A stretch of 64,000 nucleotides of DNA from Phyllobates terribilis (lineage: Eukaryota). Positions 51,628-64,000 of this stretch are shown piece by piece (position 1 is the stretch's first letter; every line of letters starts with the position of its first letter). The notes under the pieces were generated by a model. It made no database searches, had not been told where the DNA came from, and saw only the letters and a program-made list of their open reading frames with translations. The position numbers and the translations under genes were made by a program. The stretch covers positions 134,540,001-134,604,000 of the forward strand of contig NW_027362767.1 of the NCBI RefSeq assembly GCF_046119375.1. The letters are read 5' to 3'.

Positions 51628-52834
51628 GACCCCAGTGTCGTAATTATTGCGGGGCCAGCAGCGATCGGACATTCATCATCTATCCGCAGGCTGGAGAAGA
51701 CAGCAGTGTGGCCGGCGAGTGAGGGTCTCGTGATGACCGAGTTTTAGAAAGCGCAGGACCCTTTGCTTACTCATACGTCCTGCAGAAAAAAGGCTGCTGC
51801 AATGTGTTGGTCGTTCCAGATTGCTGATTGGCCCTGCTGCAGCCGCTGGGGGTCTTATCTCTGACATGTATGGGGGCCTTATTTCAGATGCAGGACTAAG
51901 GCCGGATTCACACACCCGCGTTTCGCAATCCGAGTACTTACCACGATGCATGGATTCACTGTGGGTCTCCACAGTCTCATATCTGACCCGCGGACGGTCT
52001 GTGCGTTGTGATCCATACTCTGTGTGGCTCTGGCCTCGAGGAGAGTCTTTTTGCTGAGTTTTAGTAACGCTCCAAATACTTAGCAAAGAGACTCAGTGTG
52101 AAGAGGGTCGACTGATTATATAGCAAGTCACTCGGCTCCACTTATATAGAGCAATCACATCCCTCTTTACAAGGGGCGAACAATCATTTTTAGATCCGCA
52201 TGAAAGAAGTGATCAGCCAATGAATGGCAGTCTCTCATCTGATCGCTAGACATGTTTACAGAGGACAATACAAGATGCACATCAGCTCGAATAAAGGGCC
52301 TTTAACGGAACCTGACATTAAGTTTTTGCTATTTAATCTGAGAGCAGCATAATCTAGAGCTAGAGACCCTGATTCCAGGGATGCATAATTTACTAGGCTG
52401 TGTTATAGTTTCAATACAATCAGTGGTTTATCAGCAGGAGATTATCTCCGCAGGACTAAGTCTAAGGTGAAGAGCAGTCCAGCTAATCTGTGTAAACCCC
52501 GCCCCCACCACTGATTGGCAGCATGCTGACAGTGTACACAGAAAGCAGCCAGTGGTGTGGGCGGGGTTATACACAGCTCAGCATTTGAGCACTGCTACAT
52601 CTACAGCAGAGAAAACAGGGATTGTATCAAAACTGCAGCAAACAGCTCAGTAAGTGACATACTACTGGAATCAGGGTGTCTGTCCCTACATCATGCTGCT
52701 CTCAGATATCATAGCAAAAACCTGCTGACAGAGATAGTAAGTTTGGAAAAAAAAACTTTAAACGATTAGTCTCCAACATCCACTTGGATGAGGGCCTTTA
52801 AATAGATTTCTATAAGAAATCGTTACAATAAATT

Positions 52835-52951
52835 GCCGTGGCCTCGCCAGCAGCGGCAGACCCCAGCCGTGGCCTCGCCAGCAGCGGCAGACCCCAGCCG
52901 TGGCCTCGCCAGCAGCGGCAGACCCCAGCCGTGGCCTCGCCAGCAGCGGCA
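52835..52951. repeat. 31-bp GC-rich minisatellite (~3.8 copies)
   Basis: Unit CCCCAGCCGTGGCCTCGCCAGCAGCGGCAGA. Confidence 0.93.
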
Positions 52952-53279
52952 GGTCGTACTATACCCTATAGGACGGCACTTTCATCCATTTGTGCGCAGT
53001 GCGGTCACTTATTGGGGATCATGGTGCTTGATGTGAATGGGGCAATGGAGGAATGCACTCCTCTCATGCACTATATGGCAGCAGTGCACTGTACACTGGA
53101 TACAACAGGCCAGCCCTACAGCACCAGCTCCAAACCCTCCATCACACAAGCCCTCCACGACCTTGTACCTTTGGTAACACAGAAGTAAACACCTACTTGT
53201 CTTATACCGCCCGTGGCCGGTGCTCCGTGATCAGATCGGTGTCTGGGCCCCAATCGGCTTCCTGTAGCACACGCCGCAC

Positions 53280-53600
53280 TATTTCATCAGCATGCGTTCC
53301 GGCAAACTGTAACAGCGCATGCGCCCCCTCCAAAGTGGAAACTATAGAGACCGAAAACAAGATAGAACGTCCACGGCGACGAATTACGACGGCCATCTTG
53401 GTTGTGGCAAACTGGGCCTTACTGTTAATGGGGTTCAAAAATAGAACCATAACGCATTAATACTGTTAGTATTAGTGTATGGGGTATGAGGGATATTAAA
53501 AAAGGGAATAATGAGTAAAAATAAGTAGCAGACGACAAGTCACGTGATCGTTGGAGCTTCCCGTCCGACCCTCTGCCACACCAGCGTCACATGACCAGAG
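53280..53600. promoter_or_regulatory. EIF2S1/ATP6V1D bidirectional promoter
   Basis: NRF1 palindrome GCGCATGCGC (53315-53324), ETS TTCCGG (~53297-53302), YY1-like CAAGATGGCCG on minus (53390-53400), CLEAR-like GTCACGTGAT (53539-53548) and GTCACATGAC (53586-53595), between divergent genes. Confidence 0.75.
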
Positions 53601-53660
53601 CTAGAACCCCGTGATAGCGGCTAGTGACAGCAGAGGAGGCTGAGCGGCGCTGAGGACAAG

Positions 53661-53701
53661 ATGTCGGGCAAAGACAGGATCGAGGTGTTCCCCTCCCGGA
53701 T
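53661..53701 (+). CDS. ATP6V1D: V-type proton ATPase subunit D, coding exon 1 (MSGKDRIEVFPSR-M); later exons not found in the window
   Basis: aagATGTCGGGCAAAGACAGGATCGAGGTGTTCCCCTCCCGGAT|gtatgt, 41 nt; matches the human N-terminus MSGKDRIEIFPSRM; head-to-head with EIF2S1 as in human. Confidence 0.92.
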
Positions 53702-54356
53702 GTATGTACATAGTATATATATTATCAGTCTGTCCCGGTGCGTGTGCGGACTGTGCGGCCACAGCCTGATGGTATCACCAATAATGAGGCCTTAAAGGGG
53801 GTTTCCATCTCCGGAAAATGCCTGTGTCTGACCATCACCTGACATTAATGCGTCTTATAAGGACACAGGATTTTTTCTTGTTTCATTTTATTTTCTCCTT
53901 CTTTTAGTCTCCCAAGACATGTAACGTCTTAATATCTCTGTCCATCTGTATGAAGACTTGCTTTTTCTGGGGGGCGTTGTTATCGGACACTATTTTTGGG
54001 TCACGCACGACTTTTGATTGCTTTTTATTTCGGAGGTCCAGACTTATGGCCTTTACCCCCCCCCCGGGTTAATTAATTTTGGTTTGGCATTTTTACTTTA
54101 TGTGATACCAAATATTGTTCATATTTAGATTATTTTTTATTTATTGTTATATCTTTTAATATATTTAACTGGTAAAACGTGAGATGATTAGAATATATTT
54201 TTGCATTATTTTTAATTTAAATTTTACATATTATTTATTTTACTCACTAATATAGCGCCATTAATTTCACAGCACTGTACAGATACTGTCATCACTGTCC
54301 CCATTGGGGCTCACAATGTAGATTCCCTATCAGTATGTCTTTGGAGTGTCTGTGTG

Positions 54357-54374
54357 TGTATGTATGTATGTATG

Positions 54375-54419
<45 letters not shown>
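54357..54419. repeat. (TATG)n(TA)n microsatellite
   Basis: Direct reading. Confidence 0.95.
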
Positions 54420-54422
<3 letters not shown>

Positions 54423-55727
54423 TAGCATTACACTGTATTTATTTTTTAGTTCCCTCAGGGGACTTGAACCTTTGACCGTCTGTACTATATACAGTGATAG
54501 TGCAGTATTGTGGTACATAGGAGAGATCACAATGCCATATGAAGTGGCCACTGATGGGCTTCACATATGGCAGAATTGGGGGCCTTCCCAGCCCCAGGTC
54601 CATCACGTGGTGTTGGACCCTATAGGTGCCGGAGCTGTATGCTGCCTGCATGTTGTGATGTACCTGCCTGTCATACATTGAAGGGTTTATACAGCTGGGA
54701 TCAGAGCAGCTTTTTGGTGGGGAGTAATGTGGGACCCTTTCTAACCGTAGGTATTTGATTGGGGGGATCTGACTTGCAGCCCCCTTCCTTTTGATCAATG
54801 ATCGTTTAGATAGTGTCACTTTAAAAGTAAGTGCCCCTCTTTAGTTCTATGACCTGTGTGTAAGGTATCTGTATCATGCAGTGTCAGTCTCCCCTCCCCC
54901 CTCATCCGCTGTGTATTTTACCGTATACAGCAGTTGTGTTCACTGTCAACATCCTCCATTGTGTGGTCCATGGAGATCAGCGGCGTCCTCTGCTCTGGAT
55001 CGCCGCTTGTTCAACTCCTTCCTTGTTTTGATGCTGGAGCACAAGACCAGAAAGAAATCACATTTTCCTACCGGACACATGCGACGCTTGTGATCCAATG
55101 TCTCTTGCCTTAAAGGGGTCCTCTGATTTAAAAATTGACCCTTTATTATGTCTCATAAACTTTTCTGCCTTTTTAAAAGAATGATGAGATATCTCTGAAA
55201 ATGCCCCCCCCCCCCAAATGGGTCTCCTAGAATCCCCCTCAGTATAATGACCTAATGGGTGTTATGATGCCAAGGTGCTGGGTGCCCTTACTATCTGTTT
55301 GATATTAGTGTTATTCTGGTTGCCCCTATGGATGTGCCAGATGCGCCCCCTGTCACCAGCTGTGGTGAGGACCGGCCTGACAGGGGGTGCGGACTTGTCT
55401 TTAGGGTAATGTGATGTAAACAGAAGATGTGTGTAGAGCAAACAAGCCTGCGGGCGTTCTGGATCCAGCCGGGCACCAGACGACCTCTCCGGCAGAACGG
55501 ACCAGCAGAAGGCAGATGAGGAGCTGCCGGGGAAGAAATGCGGCATGATCCTATACTGGGAGTGTACTGAGACGTCTCTGCCCCACCATCAGGATTGTAA
55601 GTAGCTGTTCACATTACCAGTGGCCGTGCACATTCCCAGCTCCGCCATGAAATTGTTTCCATATCCCAGCCGGCAGGATATCCTAAAAAGATCCATTCAT
55701 AGCGACAACTCGTAATGTGACTCTGCG

Positions 55728-58700
55728 GTGCGCCTGCCCCCCCCCCTGCGTGCCTGTGCGCCTGCCCCCCCCCTGCGTGCCTGTGCGCCTGCCCCCCCCC
55801 TGCGTGCCTGGGCGCCTGCCCCCTTCCCCCCTGCGTGCCTGGGCGCCTGCCCCCTTCCCCCCTGCGTGCCTGGGCGCCTGCCCCCTTCCCCCCTGCGTGC
55901 CTGGGCGCCTGCCCCCTTCCCCCCTGCGTGCCTGGGCGCCTGGGCGCCTGCCCCCTTCCCCCCTGCGTGCCTGGGCGCCTGCCCCCTTCCCCCCTGCGTG
56001 CCTGGGCGCCTGCCCCCTTCCCCCCTGCGTGCCTGGGCGCCTGCCCCCTTCCCCCCTGCGTGCCTGGGCGCCTGCCCCCTTCCCCCCTGCGTGCCTGGGC
56101 GCCTGCCCCCTTCCCCCCTGCGTGCCTGGGCGCCTGCCCCCTTCCCCCCTGCGTGCCTGGGCGCCTGCCCCCTTCCCCCCTGCGTGCCTGGGCGCCTGCC
56201 CCCTTCCCCCCTGCGTGCCTGGGCGCCTGCCCCCTTCCCCCCTGCGTGCCTGGGCGCCTGCCCTCTTCCCCCCTGCCTGCCTGGGCGCCTTCCCCCCTGC
56301 CTGCCTGGGCGCCTGCCCCCTTCCCCCCTGCGTGCCTGGGCGCCTGCCCCCTTCCCCCCTGCCTGCCTGGGCGCCTGCCCCCTTCCCCCCCTGCGTGCCT
56401 GGGCGCCTGCCCCCTTCCCCCCTGCGTGCCTGGGTGCCTGCCCCCCCCCCCCCCTGCGTGCCTGGGCGCCTGCCGCCCCCCCCCCCCTGCGTGCCTGTGC
56501 GCCTGCTGCCCCCCCCCTGCGTGCCTGGGCGCCTGCCCCTGCCCCCCCCCCCCCCCTGCGTGCCTGGGCGCCTGCCCCTGCCCCCCTGCGTGCCTGTGCG
56601 CCTGCCCCCTTCCCCCCCCTGCGTGCCTGGGCGCCTGCCCCCTTCCCCCCCCTGCGTGCCTGGGCGCCTGCCCCCTTCCCCCCCCCTGCGTGCCTGGGCG
56701 CCTGCCCCCTTCCCCCCCCCTGCGTGCCTGGGCGCCTGCCCCCTTCCCCCCCCCTGCGTGCCTGGGCGCCTGCTGCCCCCCCCCCTGCGTGCCTGGGCGC
56801 CTGCTGCCCCCCCCCCCCTGCGTGCCTGGGCGCCTGCTGCCCCCCCCCCCCTGCGTGCCTGTGCGCCTGCTGCCCCCCCCCCCTGCGTGCCTGTGCGCCT
56901 GCTGCCCCCCCCCCTGCGTGCCTGGGCGCCTGCCCCCTCCCCCCCTGCGTGCCTGGGCGCCTGCCCCTGCCCCCCCCCCTGCGTGCCTGGGCGCCTGCCC
57001 CTGCCCCCCTGCGTGCCTGTGCGCCTGCCCCCTTCCCCCCCCTGCGTGCCTGGGCGCCTGCCCCCTTCCCCCCCCCCCCTGCGTGCCTGGGCGCCTGCCC
57101 CCTTCCCCCCCCCCCCTGCGTGCCTGGGCGCCTGCCCCCTTCCCCCCCCCCCCTGCGTGCCTGGGCGCCTGCCCCCTTCCCCCCCCCCCCTGCGTGCCTG
57201 GGCGCCTGCCCCCTTCCCCCCCCCCCCTGCGTGCCTGGGCGCCTGCCCCCTTCCCCCCCCCCCCTGCGTGCCTGGGCGCCTGCCCCCTTCCCCCCCCCTG
57301 CGTGCCTGGGCGCCTGCCCCCTTCCCCCCCCCCTGCGTGCCTGGGCGCCTGCCCCCCCCCCCCCCCCCTGCGTGCCTGGGCGCCTGCCCCCTTCCCCCCC
57401 TGCGTGCCTGGGCGCCTGCCCCCTTCCCCCCCCTGCGTGCCTGGGCGCCTGCCCCCTTCCCCCCCCTGCGTGCCTGGGCGCCTGCCCCCTTCCCCCCCCC
57501 TGCGTGCCTGGGCGCCTGCCCCCTTCCCCCCCCCTGCGTGCCTGGGCGCCTGCCCCCTTCCCCCCCCCTGCGTGCCTGGGCGCCTGCTGCCCCCCCCCCT
57601 GCGTGCCTGGGCGCCTGCTGCCCCCCCCCCCCTGCGTGCCTGGGCGCCTGCTGCCCCCCCCCCCCTGCGTGCCTGTGCGCCTGCTGCCCCCCCCCCCTGC
57701 GTGCCTGTGCGCCTGCTGCCCCCCCCCTGCGTGCCTGGGCGCCTGCCCCCTCCCCCCCTGCGTGCCTGGGCGCCTGCCCCTGCCCCCCCCCTGCGTGCCT
57801 GGGCGCCTGCCCCTGCCCCCCTGCGTGCCTGTGCGCCTGCCCCCTTCCCCCCCCTGCGTGCCTGGGCGCCTGCCCCCTTCCCCCCCCCCCCTGCGTGCCT
57901 GGGCGCCTGCCCCCTTCCCCCCCCCCCCTGCGTGCCTGGGCGCCTGCCCCCTTCCCCCCCCCCCCTGCGTGCCTGGGCGCCTGCCCCCTTCCCCCCCCCC
58001 CCTGCGTGCCTGGGCGCCTGCCCCCTTCCCCCCCCCCCTGCGTGCCTGGGCGCCTGCCCCCTTCCCCCCCCCCCCTGCGTGCCTGGGCGCCTGCCCCCTT
58101 CCCCCCCCCTGCGTGCCTGGGCGCCTGCCCCCTTCCCCCCCCCCTGCGTGCCTGGGCGCCTGCCCCCCCCCCCCCCCCCTGCGTGCCTGGGCGCCTGCCC
58201 CCTTCCCCCCCTGCGTGCCTGGGCGCCTGCCCCCTTCCCCCCCTGGGCGCCTGCCCCCTTCCCCCCTGCCTGCCTGGGCGCCTGCCTCCTTCCCCCCTGC
58301 CTGCCTGGGCGCCTGCCCCCCTGCCTGCCTGGGCGCCTTCCCCCCTGCGTGCCTGAGCGCCTGCCCCCTTCCCCCCCTGCCTGCCTGGGCGCCTGCCCCC
58401 TTCCCCCCTGCGTGCCTGGGCGCCTGCCCCCTTCCCCCCTGCGTGCCTGGGCGCCTGCCCCCTTCCCCCCTGCGTGCCTGGGCGCCTGCCCCCTTCCCCC
58501 CTGCGTGCCTGGGCGCCTGCCCCCTTCCCCCCTGCGTGCCTGGGCGCCTGCCGCCCCCCCCCCCTGCGTGCCTGGGCGCCTGCCGCCCCCCCCCCCCTGC
58601 GTGCCTGGGCGCCTGACGCCCCCCCCCCCCTGCGTGGCTGGGCGCCTGCCCCCCCCCCTCCCCCTGGGCGCCTACCCCCCCCCCTGCGTGCCTGGGCGCC

Positions 58701-59090
58701 TGCTGCCCCCCCCCCCTGCGTGCCTGGGCGCCTGCCCCCTCCCCCCCCCTGCGTGCCTGGGCGCCTGCCCCCTCCCCCCCCCTGCGTGCCTGGGCGCCTG
58801 CCCCCTCCCCCCCCCTGCGTGCCTGGGCGCCTGCCCCCTTCCCCCCCCTGCGTGCCTGGGCGCCTGCCCCCTTCCCCCCCCTGCGTGCCTGGGCGCCTGC
58901 CCCCCCCCCCCCCCTGCGTGCCTGGGCACCTGCCCTGCCCCCCCTGCGTGCCTGGGCGCCTGCCCCCTCCCTCCCCCCCTGCGTGCCTGGGCGCCTGCCC
59001 CCTCCCTCCCCCCCCCCCTGCGTGCCTGGGCGCCTGCCCCCTCCCCCCCTGCGTGCCTGGGCGCCTGCCCCCTCCCCCCCTGCGTGCCTG
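55728..59090. repeat. 3.4-kb C-rich tandem array (~100 units of ~30-36 bp with variable C-runs) in ATP6V1D intron 1
   Basis: Unit CTGCGTGCCTGGGCGCCTGCCCCCTTCCCCC(n); almost no A on the plus strand. Confidence 0.97.
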
Positions 59091-59104
59091 CAGGCACTCC
59101 TGAG

Positions 59105-59320
59105 GCTTGGTCATTCTCCTGATGAGGGGGCAGATGACCCCGTGGGGGATCTCCTCCCAGATATTGGTGGATCATGGACTGTGGCACTACATGGCCGCGT
59201 CAGATACACTGGGATGTGATCCCATTCAGGTCTGGGAAACATGGAGGTCCGTTATTGGTATCGATCTAAGAATTGCCTAAACTCTGCCCACATGTGGCCT
59301 GATAATGTCCTGCACCAGGT
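59105..59320 (-). mobile_element. Degenerate Tc1 transposase 3' remnant related to 40827-42687
   Basis: CTCCTGATGAGG, GGGATCTCCTCCCA and ATTCAGGTCTGGG appear in the same order as at 41420-41580. Confidence 0.6.
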
Positions 59321-59911
59321 CTGACACAGGTGCTGGGATGATCTCCTCAGAGCCAGGCCCCTGACCATGGTGACGGCAGCGCGGAGCAGCTGACAGGTTC
59401 CCTTTTAACTCTTTGAGCAGTGCTATTTTTGATTTAGTAACTCATCCGATTGGCCTCCATGTATCGCTGTCTGTACAGACAGATGTAGTTTCCTGAGAAG
59501 CTTTAAAGGGGTGGTCCGGTGTAGAATGACAGGTCTGCTGTCACTTGCATTGAGCGAGGCTGCGCCCACTAGACGGCTTCTGCCCAGCAGTATGTATATC
59601 GCATACATCGCCGCGCACAGTGTATGTGATGGGAAGATTCACAAGTGTGCAGTCGGAGTAACCGCAGACTTGTCATTATAGACCGGACAGCCCCTGTAAG
59701 TGATTGCTCTGTATGTGCTAGAGATAATCGTAGCTTGTGTACGTGGAGGAGCCTCACAGTGCACGCCTGGTCTCCATATCCAGCAGTCAGGTGGAAGTTA
59801 CTAGGGTCCATGTAATCCTGCAAGTCTCACTATGACTATTGGGCCTAATACTAGACTCACACTGTCCATTCTGTGCAGAAGACTTTAAAGCAATCTCATT
59901 ATGACAGACAG

Positions 59912-60184
59912 GTGTACAATGACAGATAACACCTCTATATGCAGTAGATAAGAGGATCCACCAGTCACAATGGGTGATGTCACAGCTCACCACCTCCTCC
60001 TCCTGTACAAAGACTGATAACACCTCTATATACAGTAGATAACACAGGATCCACCATTCACAATAGGTGATGTCACAGCTCCCCTCCTGTACAATGACAG
60101 ATAACACCTCTGTATACAGTAGATAAGAAGATCCACCAATCACAATAGGTGATGTCACAGCTCACCACCTCCCCCTCCTGTACA
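59912..60184. repeat. ~85-92-bp minisatellite, 3 copies
   Basis: GATAACACCTCT...AGTAGATAA...GGTGATGTCACAGCTC recurs three times. Confidence 0.85.
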
Positions 60185-60664
60185 TTTGTCCCAGCATGTC
60201 TACAAAGATCTCCAGTACAGCTCGGTCAGCCTGTCTCTTGCTGCCTATGTCCATGTGGCTGCTCGAAAGTACAAGAAGTACGAGCCAATTACTGGGCTTA
60301 GTGGCCAGTGTGACTGTTGTAAGAGTTCAGATTTCTTTTTTTATGGATAAAACACATTAAATATAAAAACCTGATCAGTATACTCATCTTTTGGTTACAC
60401 ATGTAACCTCTGATAGAAGTACAATCCTAGGAACATAACGTGACCCGTCAGTTCAGTGACTTCATTCTAGTGTCTCTTCAAATTTACATGATGGGTAATT
60501 TTCTGGTGCTCTGGACCATTCTCCTGTCTCAAGAACTGGGGTCTTCTAAGCCCCTCTCGTTTCTCATCCTGCCCGGTCCAGCTAATTTCAGTGGATACGT
60601 GACAGCACATGTGACTTTCTCCATTGACTTCTAAGGGGGCTCCAAAAACAACAGAGCACACTTA

Positions 60665-62241
<1,577 letters not shown>

Positions 62242-62689
62242 TACGTGCCGATCTTTGTAATTACATGACCAGTTTTGCAAAATGTATAGAAAGCAGTGTA
62301 GTGAAGGGGAATCATGAAATGTAAGGAATATTTTTTCTAAGATTTGCCCCTTATGTTGTACTGACCCCATTGGCCCTCATGGCTGTCATGTCACGTGAAG
62401 CTTACCTTGTTGCCCTCCCCTAGCGCTTACCCTATCAGTATGTCAGTCAGTCAGATTGAGGAACTGATGTAGGAAGTGCCTCTTATCGAAACCATGTCCC
62501 TCCATGGCAGGAATAGTCTGTCTGTCGCTAACATCATGTACTTCTGTATCTGAAACAGAATCTTTCCAAATCTGAACTTTTTATTCTCCTAACCTATCTA
62601 AGCCTGGTAGTTCCTTTTTCGTAGGTAGTGCTGCCATAACTCCGCAGAATGCTCTTGTGTTGTATGTCACTGAGATCTTTCCTTCACTC

Positions 62690-63975
62690 CCTGTGTCCTA
62701 TCACTCGCTCATGTCACCTGCACCTCAAAAACATCACAATAATCCGGCCTTTCCTCACCTTCTTACTGTCGCTCTGACTCCTTTTTGTCTGGAATACTGC
62801 AACTCTCTACTAATCAGTTATGCTATCACTAAGCACTGTCCTCTCCAACCTATCCTGAATGCAGCCTCCTATTTCTGTCCAGCTGCGGCATCGATGCTTC
62901 CACCCTGTGCCAGTCATTGCATTGGTTACCCATCTGCTAAAGATTACAATATAAACTGATCACTATCACTCACAAAATCCGCCACAGTGCTGCACCACCC
63001 TACATCTCTTCCCTAATTTCTGTCTCCACCCTACACATTCTCTCCACAGAGCTACGCCACCCTACATCTCCTCCTCATCTGTCTACCACCTTACCCATTC
63101 TCTCCATAGTGCGGCACTGCCCTACATCTCCTCTATCACCCTATCCATTCTCCACATTGCCTCAGCACCCTACATCTCCCCTCATCTGTCTTCCACAGTA
63201 CTGCACCGCTCTCATCCCTTTTCTATCATTCTACCGATTCTTCACAGTGCTGCACCGCCCTACATCTCCTTCCTCTTCTTTGTCTACCACCTTATCCCTT
63301 ATCTCCACAGTGCTGCACCATTCTTCATCTCCTCCCTCTTCTGTATTTAACATCTTACCCATTCTCCACAGTGCTGCACTGTCCTACATCTCCTTTATCA
63401 CCCTATCCATTCTCCACATTGCCTCAGCGGCCTACATCTCCTCATCTGTCTACGACCCTACTGTCCTCTCCACAGTACTGCACCGCTCTACATCTCCTCC
63501 CTCTTCTCTGTCTACCACCCCACCCATTCTCAACACAGTGCTGCACCATCCTACATATCCTCATCTGTCTACCACCCTACTGTCTTCTCCACAGTCCTGC
63601 ACCAACCTACATATCTTCCTTTATCTGTGTATATCACCCTACCTGTACTCTCCACAGTGCTGCATCACTCTACATCTTCTTCCTCATCTCATTTGTTTTT
63701 ACCACCTTACCCGTGCTCTCCGCAGTGCTGCACCACCCTACATCTCCTCCCTCATCTGTCTTCCACCCTACCTGAGCTCTCGATGATCTCTATTCTGCTT
63801 ATGACATAGGATGAACATCCTCCGTAATTTGAACCTCCTACTCCTGTATTCAAGACTTGTTTTGTGCTGCGCCAGTTCTCTGGAATGCACTATCCAAGAC
63901 AATGTGGTTCCCAATATCTACAGTTTTAATTATGTTCTAAAAACACATTTGCCCTTTAGGCTGGCCTGTCACATT
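62690..63975 (+). mobile_element. L2 LINE 3' fragment (RT C-terminus) with an internal ~60-bp tandem expansion (62980-63770)
   Basis: LEYCNSLL...LQPILNAA, LHWLP, SAAPPYISSLI and APVLWNAL remnants flank degenerate repeats of CTCCACAGTGCTGCACCACCCTACATCTCC... Confidence 0.8.
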
Positions 63976-64000
63976 ACCTCCCTAATGTAACTGTCCTTCG

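Noticed and set aside
53202-53450. 82-aa ORF as an independent gene
   Set aside because: No recognisable homology and it overlaps promoter motifs; kept only as a speculative uORF.
55683-59187. ORFs of 879-1143 aa on both strands
   Set aside because: The GC-only repeat lacks stop codons; open in several frames at once.

Overview
Vertebrate genomic DNA. The MITE, Tc1, LTR and L2 repertoire suggests a frog (inference). Three spliced protein-coding genes are present. FSIP1 is on the minus strand: a probable non-coding exon 1 plus 8 coding exons, running off the left edge. EIF2S1 (eIF2-alpha) is on the minus strand with a complete 7-exon CDS (948 nt, 315 aa). ATP6V1D is on the plus strand with only coding exon 1 visible, head-to-head with EIF2S1 across a promoter carrying NRF1, ETS, YY1 and CLEAR-like motifs. 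The rest is mostly transposons (Tc1 copies including a near-intact DD37E/TRT-like element, hAT/Harbinger/T2 MITEs, solo LTRs, L2 and Penelope-like remnants) and many tandem arrays. Two signals stand out. First, tandem arrays have arisen inside four separate transposon copies (hAT MITE, two Tc1, L2); one has an unexpanded 221-bp sibling in the same window, and two show clear seeding microhomologies. Second, several minimal type-I hammerhead ribozyme motifs of the Penelope type occur, one apparently intact with a U3:A8 compensatory core. No prokaryotic-type system such as CRISPR is present. Gene identities come from remembered similarity to human orthologues plus splice-site and phase consistency; no database search was run.
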